64,000 bases of DNA from Candidatus Cloacimonadales bacterium (GCA_963665815.1 OY762463.1:1728001-1792000); one strand, 5' to 3'; numbered from the stretch's first letter, positions 1 through 10,163 are shown. The notes: generated by a model not told the origin, from the letters alone. Numbers and translations: made by a program.

Positions 1-1
1 G

Positions 2-691
2 CTTCTTGAGAAACACATAAATTTTGACGAAGCAGAACACCATGTTCAACCTAAAATGATTACTATTTCACAACCTACGGAAGTTGGCACATTATATACA
101 ATAGAAGAGCTCAAGGCTTTGACTGATTTCGCCCACAAGCATGAAATGTATGTACACATGGACGGAGCCCGTCTTTCCAATGCAGCCGCAGCTTTGAAAT
201 CAGATTTCAAGGCTTTCACAAAAGATGTCGGGATTGATATTCTTTCCTTTGGTGGGACTAAAAACGGAATGCTTCTCGGTGAATCCATTGTTGTGTTTGA
301 TCACCCTGATCCTGAATCTATAAAGTACTACCGAAAGCAGAATATGCAGCTTGGTTCCAAGATGCGTTATTTCTCAGCTCAGTTCATTGAGTTTCTTTCG
401 AATGACTTATGGAAATCGAACGCTGAACATGCAAACAACATGGCATCTTATCTTGCAGATAGCATAAAGCACCTGAAAAAGATTGAACCTGTTCATCCTG
501 TAGAAACTAACGGAATCTTCGCTTATGTACATCCTGAAATCGTAAAAAAACTGCAGGAAGATTTCTTCTTCTATATCTGGGATGAAGAGAAATCTGTTGT
601 GAGATGGATGACATCCTTTGACACAACAAAAGAGGATATTGAGAAATTCGCGACAAGAATAGAGGAAATATATCAAGAGTTTTATGAGTAG
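2..691 (+). CDS. ltaE: Low-specificity L-threonine aldolase (PLP), 5'-truncated by the window edge
   Basis: Frame is open from position 2. Motifs SQPTEVGTLY, HMDGARLSNA, SFGGTKNG (PLP lysine), VRWMTSFDT. Confidence 0.85.
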   Translation, partial: LLEKHINFDEAEHHVQPKMITISQPTEVGTLYTIEELKALTDFAHKHEMYVHMDGARLSNAAAALKSDFKAFTKDVGIDILSFGGTKNGMLLGESIVVFDHPDPESIKYYRKQNMQLGSKMRYFSAQFIEFLSNDLWKSNAEHANNMASYLADSIKHLKKIEPVHPVETNGIFAYVHPEIVKKLQEDFFFYIWDEEKSVVRWMTSFDTTKEDIEKFATRIEEIYQEFYE

Positions 692-1080
692 AATACGATC
701 CCCCTACGCATTGGACCTGTCCTTTCGAATGGTTCTCTTACCGATACAAATCTATGTACTACAAATTACTTTCCAGCTTACAGAATAACTCCAGAATTTC
801 TTCATACCCCGTTCACCTTTGTCAACTTCGGTGCCCCTCTTAATATAAGAGATTTACTTGTATTGCGAACTTCAAGAGAAAAGACATATTTTTCTATCCG
901 CAAGCAATTTCCAGAGCATATTGACTTTGTCAACATCACTCCAAAAAGCACTGAGTGCAGTATGCTAAGACAGTCATAACTCCCTTATATTGAAAATATT
1001 GTGCATTATATGGACTAAATCCTTGACATTGACAGAACTTCTTAACTTATTTCATCTATCAGAAGAAGCAGGAGGATGAG

Positions 1081-2412
1081 ATGTTACAAGATTTAAGAAT
1101 GTTCTTGAAATCGTTGTGCGATCAATACAAAGACTTAAAACTTCAATTTGAACTGGAATACTGGGAAACAGACTTTCTGCGTTTCTTTAAAAGTGAAGTT
1201 AATTACAATATCACAAAAGAATCCGTTAACCTGAATGTAGATGTATACAAAGGTAAAAAATCTTATGGATTCAATGTGTCTGCACCTACTCGTGAGAAAA
1301 TCACGCAAAAGCTGCAGGAAACCCTGGAGGTTATAGACCTCTTACCGGAAGATCCGGACTTTGTTGATATTGAAGATAACACAGAAATTGTGGAAAATCC
1401 TTTTAAAGAAAACCCGATCGAAAAATACCCCTTAAACTACAAAATCGATATACTTAAACACATAGATAAGATTGTATCACCCCATGAATTCAAGCTGTAC
1501 GGTACATTTGTATGTAATTACATTACTTATTGTACAATCAACAGCAACGGTCTTGATAAACTTACATACAGTGCTCCGGTTATGCTGGAACTTAAAGCTG
1601 TCAGCGAGAGAAATCAGGTTACAGTTCTGGAAACATTCGGCAGTGAATCCATGGATAATTTCAATCGCGATGATTTCACAGCTGCTCTTAGCATGAAGAT
1701 TCAGGCTGCAAAGAATGAAATCGTCGATGTTGAAAAAGATGAATACGAAGTTATCTTATCCCCGAGATGTATAGGTGACTTGTGGTCTTACTTGGGTTAT
1801 ATGCTTTCTGCCAGAGCTCTCGATCGTAAGATGTCTTTTGCAGAGGGCAAAATTGATCAGCAGATTTTCCCTGAGAACATCACTCTGATCGATGATCCGC
1901 ATTTCCCTGGAATGATCAACTATGACTACAACCGAGACGGACACATCTACAGAAAAAATGACATCGTCAGGAATGGTGTACTGAAAAACTTTGTTATAAG
2001 CAACTATTATTCACATAAACTCGGACTGGAGAAAAACGGTTCCGGTGGTTTCTGTAAAGTAATGGAAAAAGGTGATAAACCTCTGGAAAAAATGATTGGT
2101 TCAATAAAAAAAGGACTGTATATTTCCAGCCTTCACTATATGAACTTCATTAATCCCAAGGAGACCTCGGTCACAGGGCTCACCCGTGATGGAACTTTCC
2201 TCATAGAGAACGGAAAGATGACCAAAGTAGTAAACAATCTGAGATTTACCCAGAAAATCACTGAAATCATAGAAAGAATAACCATGATCGAAGATACTTT
2301 GCAGAATGTACCTTCATCCGGAAATTACGGAACCTTCAATATTGTTACCAGCGCAATGCCGCACGTTCTTGTGAATGGTTTCAAAATCAGCTCTTCGACA
2401 AAAACAATATAG
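1081..2412 (+). CDS. PmbA/TldE-family subunit (non-catalytic partner of TldD), copy 1
   Basis: YEVILSP, ITLIDDP and TGLTRDGTFLIENG...VNNLRF motifs. No HExxxH. RBS GGAGG upstream; directly precedes tldD. Confidence 0.85.
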   Translation: MLQDLRMFLKSLCDQYKDLKLQFELEYWETDFLRFFKSEVNYNITKESVNLNVDVYKGKKSYGFNVSAPTREKITQKLQETLEVIDLLPEDPDFVDIEDNTEIVENPFKENPIEKYPLNYKIDILKHIDKIVSPHEFKLYGTFVCNYITYCTINSNGLDKLTYSAPVMLELKAVSERNQVTVLETFGSESMDNFNRDDFTAALSMKIQAAKNEIVDVEKDEYEVILSPRCIGDLWSYLGYMLSARALDRKMSFAEGKIDQQIFPENITLIDDPHFPGMINYDYNRDGHIYRKNDIVRNGVLKNFVISNYYSHKLGLEKNGSGGFCKVMEKGDKPLEKMIGSIKKGLYISSLHYMNFINPKETSVTGLTRDGTFLIENGKMTKVVNNLRFTQKITEIIERITMIEDTLQNVPSSGNYGTFNIVTSAMPHVLVNGFKISSSTKTI

Positions 2413-2420
2413 GAGATATA

Positions 2421-3854
2421 ATGAAAAAATTAGTTTATGATATCATCAGAAAACTTGAACATCTTGATTATGCAGATGTCAGACTTACAGTCTCCGATAC
2501 CCAGAATATATTCTTTGAAAAAGGTGAATTAAAACATATATCTTCAGACCTTAATTCAGCTGCAGTCGGAATCAGAGTTCTTGTTGACGGCTGCTGGGGG
2601 TTTGCCGGCACAAAAAATCTGGATACACTTTCACTTGATAAAGCTGCCAGAAGAGCAATATCCAATGCTCAGCACGGTGCGAAATTCAAGACAAATAAAA
2701 TAAAACTGGCTCCGGTTAAACCAACAGTGAAAAGCTATTTCTTCCGTCCGGAAATCGATCCGTTTCTGATGAGTGACGAAGAAAAAATCAACTACTTCAG
2801 CAACATTGCCGGAATGATGACGAACCAGGATAAAATTGTTCAGTCAAATGTCTCTGCTAACTTCTTCCGTCAGTACAAAATCTTTGCTAATACCGAGGGC
2901 ACTTTCACTGATTCTCTGGTTTATGATACTAAAGGAGAAATATTTGTTCTGGCCTCCGGTGGAGGTAAAATATACTCCAGAACCTATCCGGGACATATGG
3001 CTGCGCGTAGAGGTGGTTTCGAAGTAATAAAGAATTTCAAATTCGAAGAGAATGTTGATAAAACTCTGGAAGAAGCAATCGCATTGATTAACGCACCTGT
3101 TATAGAAGATGAAAAAGCTGACATCATAATTGGTAGTGGACATCTGGCGTTACAACTCCACGAATCTGTTGGACATGCTACCGAAGCTGACAGAATTTTC
3201 GGAATGGAGATATCCTACGCCGGGAAAACCTTTGTTAAACCGGAAATGCTCGGAAACTTCCAGTATGGTTCAGATATTGTGACAATATTCAGTGATAGTA
3301 CAGATCCGAAAGGACTTGGCTATCATGTAGTAGATGATGAAGGTGTTCCCGGAAGAAAAGTAGAGATTATCAAAAACGGTATACTTAACGATCAGCAGAC
3401 TGCAAGAGAATTTGCAGGTAAACTCGGATTAGAGCCAAGCTCAAATATGAAAGCATCCTTTGCAGATGACTTCCCTCTCGTGAGAATGACTAACTTCTGT
3501 CTGGCACCTGTTTCCGGTTCTCTCGAAGATTTGATTAAATCCACAGAATACGGATACTACATTGATTATACCAAAACATGGTCGATCGATGATAACCGAA
3601 ATAACTTCCAGTTCACAACAGAAATTGGCTGGTTGATTAAAGACGGAGAGATCAAACATATTGTAAAAGAGCCGACATACTGGGGGATAACTCCTGAGTT
3701 CTGGAATGCCTGCGATGCAATCTGCGGACCGGAAGAATGGGAATACCACGGTACATTTAACTGCGGCAAAGGCGAACCGGGACAGGCTATGCACCTTTCA
3801 CACGGTGTAGCTCCGGCAAGGTTCAGAAAAATAAACGTTAACGTAAAGGCATAA
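2421..3854 (+). CDS. tldD: TldD metalloprotease, copy 1
   Basis: GIRVLVDGCWGFA, HESVGH metal motif, DDEG, RMTN, C-terminal CGKGEPGQ...SHG. Confidence 0.9.
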   Translation: MKKLVYDIIRKLEHLDYADVRLTVSDTQNIFFEKGELKHISSDLNSAAVGIRVLVDGCWGFAGTKNLDTLSLDKAARRAISNAQHGAKFKTNKIKLAPVKPTVKSYFFRPEIDPFLMSDEEKINYFSNIAGMMTNQDKIVQSNVSANFFRQYKIFANTEGTFTDSLVYDTKGEIFVLASGGGKIYSRTYPGHMAARRGGFEVIKNFKFEENVDKTLEEAIALINAPVIEDEKADIIIGSGHLALQLHESVGHATEADRIFGMEISYAGKTFVKPEMLGNFQYGSDIVTIFSDSTDPKGLGYHVVDDEGVPGRKVEIIKNGILNDQQTAREFAGKLGLEPSSNMKASFADDFPLVRMTNFCLAPVSGSLEDLIKSTEYGYYIDYTKTWSIDDNRNNFQFTTEIGWLIKDGEIKHIVKEPTYWGITPEFWNACDAICGPEEWEYHGTFNCGKGEPGQAMHLSHGVAPARFRKINVNVKA

Positions 3855-3857
3855 ACA

Positions 3858-4610
3858 ATGAAAAGTATGAATGAATACAGAGAGTTTCTCAAAGATACTA
3901 TAAGAAAACAGACAGACTTTACAAAAACTGATCAGGTTATGAAAAAGCCTGCTCCACCGATAGAAAAACCACATGCTGACGATGCATTCACAATTGAACT
4001 GCCCGGACCTGATGAATGGACAGAAATTGAGGACAAAGGATTTCTTGCCTGCACAAAGAACAGACGCAGCCACAGGAAATACTGTGACGAACCACTTACA
4101 ATACAGGAGTTAGCATTCCTTTGCTGGACAACACAGGGAATACAGATGCAGCTCAGTGAAGCTACAGCATTCCGTACAGTCCCTTCTGCCGGATGCCGTC
4201 ATGCTTTTGAAACATATCTGTGGATAATGAATGTTAAAGGATTCACTCCCGGTTGTTACAGATACCTACCTATGGAGCACAAGCTCGTAAAGGAATTCGA
4301 GACTGACAATATGCGAGATAAAGTAGTAGAAGCCTGTAATGGACAAAAATTCGCAGGAACTGCAAGCGTAGTTTTCCTCTGGTCAACAATCCCTTACAGG
4401 ATGGAGTGGCGCTACTCTTATGCATCCCATAAAGTTATCGCAATGGATTCAGGACACGTTTGCCAGAATCTGTATCTTGCCTGCAATGTGATAAACGCCG
4501 GAACTTGTGCAATTGCTTCTTACAATCAACCTGTTGCGGATTCTCTGCTCAGAATCGACGGTGAAGAAGAATTTGTTATCTATATCTCACCTGTGGGAAA
4601 ATTGCCATAA
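3858..4610 (+). CDS. SagB/ThcOx-family FMN dehydrogenase (nitroreductase fold)
   Basis: RRSHRKY, FRTVPSAGCRHAFETY, WRY, DSGHVCQNLYLA motifs; starts 3 nt after the tldD stop. Confidence 0.85.
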   Translation: MKSMNEYREFLKDTIRKQTDFTKTDQVMKKPAPPIEKPHADDAFTIELPGPDEWTEIEDKGFLACTKNRRSHRKYCDEPLTIQELAFLCWTTQGIQMQLSEATAFRTVPSAGCRHAFETYLWIMNVKGFTPGCYRYLPMEHKLVKEFETDNMRDKVVEACNGQKFAGTASVVFLWSTIPYRMEWRYSYASHKVIAMDSGHVCQNLYLACNVINAGTCAIASYNQPVADSLLRIDGEEEFVIYISPVGKLP

Positions 4611-4631
4611 AAAATTGATAGAAATATTTTG

Positions 4632-4661
4632 AAGGACTTCCGATTTATGGGAGTCCTTTTT
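4632..4661 (+). terminator. Rho-independent terminator of the pmbA-tldD-sagB operon
   Basis: AAGGACTTCC-loop-GGGAGTCCTT followed by a T run. Confidence 0.75.
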
Positions 4662-4750
4662 CAAACACAATCTGCTTGACTTAAGCTATTGAAACTGCTT
4701 CATGAAAAAAGTTGAAAGACTTGTATTTAGTAATAAACCCGGAGGAAATT

Positions 4751-5101
4751 ATGGAACGTAAAATAGTAATTTTTGCTTTCAATGGAGAAATGATGTGTTT
4801 CTTTCATGGAATGCTGAACGCAATTGATTTACATGATAAAGGAAATGATGTTCGTCTTGTAATTGAAGGACAGGCAACAAAATTAATAACTGAGTTAGAC
4901 AAACCTGAATGCCCGTTTCACAAAGCTTACCTGAAGCTTAAAGAAATGAACATCATAGATTGCATTTGCAAAGCTTGTGCCGGTAAAATGGGAACTCTGG
5001 AAGAAGCGAAGAAACAGGGATTAACAATCTCAGGTAATCTTTCAGGACATCCATCCATGTCGCAGTACTTAGAAAAAGGTTTTGAGCTGATTACACTTTG
5101 A
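4751..5101 (+). CDS. DsrE/DsrF-like protein
   Basis: GGAGG RBS at 4741 favours ATG 4751. Motifs CFFHGMLNA, LVIEGQAT, CICKACA, GHPSM, GFELITL. Confidence 0.7.
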   Translation: MERKIVIFAFNGEMMCFFHGMLNAIDLHDKGNDVRLVIEGQATKLITELDKPECPFHKAYLKLKEMNIIDCICKACAGKMGTLEEAKKQGLTISGNLSGHPSMSQYLEKGFELITL

Positions 5102-5317
5102 GGATAGCTTTGTATATTAGAATGATGATCGGTTCTGATGATCTGGTTTCAATGATACTAGCATACTAATCTTTCTAATTTAATCTAACTCTATATAATT
5201 GATTAAGATAACAATTATTAACTTATGAATGAAGATTACGTAACATACTATATACTAATGATATAACCAAATCTAAAACTTTTATTAATCTGTGAAATAG
5301 TCTATTAGGTTAGATTA

Positions 5318-5474
5318 CCTTCATTTTCTTTGGTGTCAAAGAAAACGAAGCAAAAGAAAGCACTTCTATTTAAAGATGTATTTTCAGCAAACTGAAACCA
5401 TAAATCTTTCCTAAAATCCTTCCAAGGCTTCAGGATTTTTTAACGGAAAAATTTATTATACGGATGAAAAAGAA
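5318..5474 (-). repeat. Structured intergenic repeat family A, copy 1
   Basis: Reverse complement aligns with 28459-28652; multiple hairpins with compensatory substitutions. Confidence 0.85.
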
Positions 5475-5656
5475 GTAAATGCCCAACGATGCAAAGCATT
5501 TAAAGGTAGATAAAGAATGTAGATAATCGTGATTTCCTCAAAATCACCTTACTTCTTGATGAAAATTAATTTAGATACGCACAATAGAACCTTCTTACTC
5601 AATTTTCAATAACTTACGTGTCGGAAAGATTAGCAACATATTTTTTATCAAATCTG

Positions 5657-6031
5657 CTACATTAGAATTAAAATCACAATATTATCTATTATAGGATAAA
5701 TTGTTCTTGAGAATATAAACTCAGCAATATAGCTTATCACGAAATAGATCATTGCTTCCCGCCAATCCAGAACAAACACAACTTTCACAATCAATGCTTT
5801 TGGGATTGTCAGCAGACTGAGCGTGATGTAGAATATTATTCCGGAATAGAAGCTGTGGTCAATACCGAATATCTTTAGAATCAGTACATCTACGAGAAAG
5901 AACACTGTTGCCAGAACAAGTGACTTCAAGTACACATGGTATTCTTCGCAGTTCAGAGACATTTTCAAAATTCCGTACATCACCAGCGGACGTACCAATA
6001 TAGCTGATATTATTGTTGCAATGTAGTACAA
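5657..6031 (-). CDS. Small integral membrane protein (3-4 TM), unknown function
   Basis: Hydrophobic 124-aa ORF with TTG start preceded by AGGAG. Confidence 0.65.
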   Translation of the reverse strand: MYYIATIISAILVRPLVMYGILKMSLNCEEYHVYLKSLVLATVFFLVDVLILKIFGIDHSFYSGIIFYITLSLLTIPKALIVKVVFVLDWREAMIYFVISYIAEFIFSRTIYPIIDNIVILILM

Positions 6032-6063
6032 TCAGGTCTCCTGAAGATATGGCAAATCATTAA

Positions 6064-6106
6064 ATCACACCATTCCGAAGGTTTTTAACCATTCGGAAGG
6101 TGTGAT
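6064..6106. repeat. REP-like long palindrome
   Basis: ATCACACC-a-TTCCGAA-GGTT-ttt-AACC-a-TTCGGAA-GGTGTGAT: 19-bp stem with single bulges and no T tail. Confidence 0.6.
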
Positions 6107-6121
6107 AATATATGTTAGAAC

Positions 6122-7408
6122 TTAGAATGTTGTTGTATCCACGAAATTGAAATTATTTATAAGCATTGACGGTACTTTCAAGGACAATCTCACCAGCTCT
6201 TCTTTTCCCATAGCCAGTATTCTGTTCGTCACTTCAGGGATAACCTCGTTCCATCTGAAGTTATGAACAGCATTTTTGATTTTCCCATCTTCGAAATACA
6301 TAACACCATCTCTTGTTAATCCGGTTAATTCACCTTTTTTCATGTCAACAACACGGATATACCATAGAGCGTTGATAATGATACCTCTTGGAACCATCTT
6401 CATCATTTCTTCTTCTGTACAATCCCCTCCCAGTATAATAGCATTTGGAACATTTGCAGGTTCAATGCCTTTCTTCAATGCATATGATTTTTCAGAAGGC
6501 ATGTTTTTCAGGATTCCATTTTCCACCCAGGCAATGTCTTTTCCAACTACACCATCACCACTGAAAGGAGTTCTGAGCAATTCTTTATCCTGCATACTGG
6601 AAATCAGGTTGAACTTATCTCCAAAAGCTTTCTTTCCAAGCATTCCTGTAAAAGGAGTTAAACCCTCATCAGCTTCTCTCATGTTAAGAAAATAAAGCAG
6701 AAATCCGAATAAATCACTTACAGCTGCTGGTCGAAGTATAACAGGAATTTTCTGTGCATCCATATGCTTCATATCTTTCAGGCTATATAGTTGATTGTTC
6801 AATTTCTCAATCTCTTTGTCAAGATCGAACGATTTATAGTCCATCACACTGGATGAGACCTTCGTTTCCATATCATCTTTTTTAATTGTCATTGAATGAC
6901 CGAACACACTGCTCTCGAAAAATCCCTCAAAACCGTTTTTTGCTATTGTATAGAAATACCCATGGCCTTTTTCTGTCATTCCCGAGAGCTTTGCTCCCTG
7001 CTTTTCTGCGTTTGCAATGGATTTCTCAACAATCTCTACCATCTCATCAACTTTGAGATTATCTGTCGCTTCTGCAAAGTTCTTCACCTTCATATATTCA
7101 GCAGCTTCTGCCGATGGAATATGTTCGGGATCGGGCTGATTCAGCTTTGCAATTTCCTGAGCTTTTTCCACAACCTGCTTGATTGAATCTTCATCATACT
7201 GGTTTGTTAAAGCCATACCTTTTTTATTTCCATAAGAAACATTAATTGCTACTCTATTGTTTTCTCCGGTTATATGCTGAGTAATTGCATTCTGAGCAAA
7301 TCTTGTTTCAATACTGTCCGAACCATTGAAGTAGATTGTGTAATCATCGGCTGTACAATACTTCTTCACTAAATCACCAATTTTGTATATTCTTTCTTTA
7401 GAGATCAT
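6122..7408 (-). CDS. PmbA/TldE-family subunit, copy 2
   Basis: TRFAQNAITQH, PVILRPAAV, WYIR, TGLTRDG, NFRWNE. No HExxxH. ATGA overlap with the upstream tldD. Confidence 0.85.
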   Translation of the reverse strand: MISKERIYKIGDLVKKYCTADDYTIYFNGSDSIETRFAQNAITQHITGENNRVAINVSYGNKKGMALTNQYDEDSIKQVVEKAQEIAKLNQPDPEHIPSAEAAEYMKVKNFAEATDNLKVDEMVEIVEKSIANAEKQGAKLSGMTEKGHGYFYTIAKNGFEGFFESSVFGHSMTIKKDDMETKVSSSVMDYKSFDLDKEIEKLNNQLYSLKDMKHMDAQKIPVILRPAAVSDLFGFLLYFLNMREADEGLTPFTGMLGKKAFGDKFNLISSMQDKELLRTPFSGDGVVGKDIAWVENGILKNMPSEKSYALKKGIEPANVPNAIILGGDCTEEEMMKMVPRGIIINALWYIRVVDMKKGELTGLTRDGVMYFEDGKIKNAVHNFRWNEVIPEVTNRILAMGKEELVRLSLKVPSMLINNFNFVDTTTF

Positions 7409-8847
7409 TGTGAACCTCCTACGCGAATATTACGGAATCGCGCTGTAGCTCCTCCATGCGTCATTCTGCCAGCCTGCATTGGTTGACCCTTACCGCAATT
7501 AACAACACCGAATGTCTTGAAGTATCTTTCATCACAAATAGCATCGCAGGCATTCCAGAATTCAGGGTTGTTTGATTTATAAAGAACCTTCTTCAGCATT
7601 CTTACTTTCTTTCCATTCTTGATTTCCCAGAACATATCTCCACCAAACTGGAAGTTTACTCTATGCTGGTCGATTGAGAAGGAGCCTTGTCCTTCAATAT
7701 ACACACCATCCTCAGTATCAGCTATAAGCTCTTGAGGTGACAGTTTTTCTTTACCCGGCTGCAGGTATAAATTAGGAATTCTGTTGATTGGAATATCATA
7801 ATAATCTGTTGCTCTGTTACAGCCTCTACTCATGGTTTCACCAATAAACGGTGCTGTATCTCTGGTTGTTCCGTATTCATTCAGTATACCGTCTTTCACA
7901 ATATGCCATTTCTGGTTAGGTACACCGTCATCATCATAACCCAGAGTTGCCAGTCCACTCTCCAGTTTATTATCTGCTACAAAATTAACAATTTCGGAGC
8001 CATACCGGAAGTTTTTGAGTTTCTCAGGTGTGGCAAAAGATATTCCTGCAAAATCAGCTTCCCAACCCAGAACTCTGTCCAGTTCAGTAGGGTGACCGAC
8101 AGATTCGTGCATTGTCAGCGACATGTGTGTAGGATCCAGAATCAGTGTTCTTCTCTGGTCTTCCCCAAGAGTTCCGGCATGACATTTTGCAATAGCCTCC
8201 TGAGCTATAATTGGTGCTCTTTCCAGAAGATTGAGTGAGTTAATGAATTCCCAGCCTTTTGCTACTCCACCAGTTTGCAGAGACCTTCTCTGGCTGTCAT
8301 CATTAGCAACTGCAGATGCAGAAAGATGCGGACTGATATAAGTATTATTGATACGTAATCTTGTTCCAATTGTTGATGCAAACAGCTTTTCTTCTTTTAC
8401 AGTGCTTAAAAAGAACATAGCCTGCTGAATCTCTTTGTAGTTCATCATACTCCTGTTAACCTCAAACATAAGATCAACTTTCTCCGGAAGTGTAATTGAG
8501 AACGGATCGATTTCGACAGGAGTCGTGTATGTATCGATATAGCTTCTTTCAGAAGCAAGGGTTAATCCTGCTCCAATCTTGATCTTTGCAGAATTCTCTG
8601 CCAGAATTACAGCTTTTTCAACTGTTTTAACAATTTCATCCTTTGTAAAAACATTATTGTGAGCAAAACCCCACGCACCATTTTTGAAAACCCTAATTCC
8701 ATAACCATGCAGTTCGTTTACAGAAGTATTTTTCAGACTCAAGTTTCTGAGAAATATATTCTCGGTAATTTTTTTCTGGATTCGAATATCTGCATAGTCG
8801 ACATTAAGTCCCTGAGCTTTATTCAGGGCAATTGATAAATAATCCAA
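7405..8847 (-). CDS. tldD: TldD metalloprotease, copy 2
   Basis: YADIR, GIRVFKNGAWGFA, HESVGH, YDDDG, CGKGQPMQ...THG. Start is likely TTG 8847 after GGAGG (alternative ATG 8865). Confidence 0.9.
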   Translation of the reverse strand: MDYLSIALNKAQGLNVDYADIRIQKKITENIFLRNLSLKNTSVNELHGYGIRVFKNGAWGFAHNNVFTKDEIVKTVEKAVILAENSAKIKIGAGLTLASERSYIDTYTTPVEIDPFSITLPEKVDLMFEVNRSMMNYKEIQQAMFFLSTVKEEKLFASTIGTRLRINNTYISPHLSASAVANDDSQRRSLQTGGVAKGWEFINSLNLLERAPIIAQEAIAKCHAGTLGEDQRRTLILDPTHMSLTMHESVGHPTELDRVLGWEADFAGISFATPEKLKNFRYGSEIVNFVADNKLESGLATLGYDDDGVPNQKWHIVKDGILNEYGTTRDTAPFIGETMSRGCNRATDYYDIPINRIPNLYLQPGKEKLSPQELIADTEDGVYIEGQGSFSIDQHRVNFQFGGDMFWEIKNGKKVRMLKKVLYKSNNPEFWNACDAICDERYFKTFGVVNCGKGQPMQAGRMTHGGATARFRNIRVGGSQ

Positions 8848-8979
8848 AGTTACCTCCTCAGGCATTATGGTTGAAAGTCAATTTACACACTATTTTCCAA
8901 TTTACTCCCTCACCTCTTTTTTGTATTATATCCGGTAATTTTGCAAGCTTTTTTTATATTTTGCATTTGCTGATAAGTT

Positions 8980-9234
8980 TCAATTCCTGAATCTGACTGC
9001 TATTCCCGCTGAAAAAGTCCACACATCTTTTACATCAATTTCTCCGTTTGAAACAACAAAAGCCCTGATATAGGATTCTAAAGTACTGATCTCCGTATAA
9101 AAAGTCCAATAACTGATCTTCTCATTTCTTGATTTGTAATCCGTCTTTAAGCCTGATGCAAGAATGCCATGTGATAACGTATCTTGATTATGTCTGTCGT
9201 GATCTCTTAATTGCCTCTTAGATATATGACCCAA
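8980..9234 (-). CDS. Short hypothetical ORF, possibly a remnant of an outer-membrane beta-strand protein
   Basis: 84 aa, no clear RBS; alternating-pattern C-terminus WTFSAGIAVRF. Confidence 0.25.
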   Translation of the reverse strand: MGHISKRQLRDHDRHNQDTLSHGILASGLKTDYKSRNEKISYWTFYTEISTLESYIRAFVVSNGEIDVKDVWTFSAGIAVRFRN

Positions 9235-9362
9235 AAGCTTACATGTATTCTGTAATTTTTTTCCCTGAGAGACGAAAATTTTATTATAATTGCATCAAAA
9301 TCACAAATCAATTGACAAATCACTAATCAGAAATCTGTTTATACTAAAAAAGTTGAGCAACT

Positions 9363-10163
9363 ATGAGTAAAGAGTTTTATCACAAAAAGAAATGGGGTCA
9401 ACACTTTCTGAATGACCCTAATATTATCAGAAAAATTGTCAAGTCAGCAGAAATTCAACCGGGAGAACATGTATGGGAAATTGGTCCGGGCAAAGGTGTT
9501 CTCACCGACGAAATCCTGAATTACAATCCACAACTCACAATCTTCGAGATTGATCCGTTCCTTATCCCCTATCTACAAGAGAGATACCAGGATGTTCTGA
9601 AATCAGGAAAAGCAGAACTTATCCATAAAGATGTAATGAAAACAAACTGGAGTGATTATATAGGATCTGATAAAATCAAAATTGTTGCAAACCTGCCTTA
9701 TCAGATTACTTCACCGCTAATGTTCAAGATAGTAGACTATATCGAGCATTTTGAGTCAGTAACAATTATGATTCAGAAGGAAGTTGCAGATCGTATTGCT
9801 GCCAAGGCGAGAACAAAGGACTATGGTAATTTGACAATAATGTTGAACTATTTCTTCAATATAGAGAAAATCAGCAAAGTCCCCCCACACTTGTTTACCC
9901 CTGCTCCTAAAGTACATTCAACAGTTATTAGACTTACACCAAGAGATGACAGCCCTGAAGTTACAAATATCAACGACTTCAAAAGGGTTGTGAGATGCGC
10001 ATTCAGTAACAGAAGAAAAATGCTGAGAAGGAATTTCAGGGATATTATGACAAGCCAACAGATTGATCACATTTCTAATAATTTTGACCTGTCAAGAAGA
10101 GGAGAAACTCTCAGTGAAGCAGAATTTATCTGGCTTTCTAATACTTTTTCTTCTATTAATTGA
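9363..10163 (+). CDS. rsmA: 16S rRNA m6,6-A dimethyltransferase
   Basis: KKKWGQHFL, EIGPGKG, VANLPYQITSP, QKEVADR, FTPAPKVHS, RRKML. Confidence 0.97.
   Translation: MSKEFYHKKKWGQHFLNDPNIIRKIVKSAEIQPGEHVWEIGPGKGVLTDEILNYNPQLTIFEIDPFLIPYLQERYQDVLKSGKAELIHKDVMKTNWSDYIGSDKIKIVANLPYQITSPLMFKIVDYIEHFESVTIMIQKEVADRIAAKARTKDYGNLTIMLNYFFNIEKISKVPPHLFTPAPKVHSTVIRLTPRDDSPEVTNINDFKRVVRCAFSNRRKMLRRNFRDIMTSQQIDHISNNFDLSRRGETLSEAEFIWLSNTFSSIN

Noticed and set aside
936-977. Minus-strand micro-ORF MTVLAYCTQCFLE with an AAGGGAG RBS, as a possible RiPP precursor for the TldD/SagB cluster
   Set aside because: Only 13 aa, no leader/core organisation and no YcaO nearby. Reading through the TGA codons as Sec gives nothing recognisable.
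5181-5317. 9-bp inverted repeat TAATCTAAC/GTTAGATTA as possible MITE ends
   Set aside because: Short, in very AT-rich DNA, with no target duplication or second copy seen.
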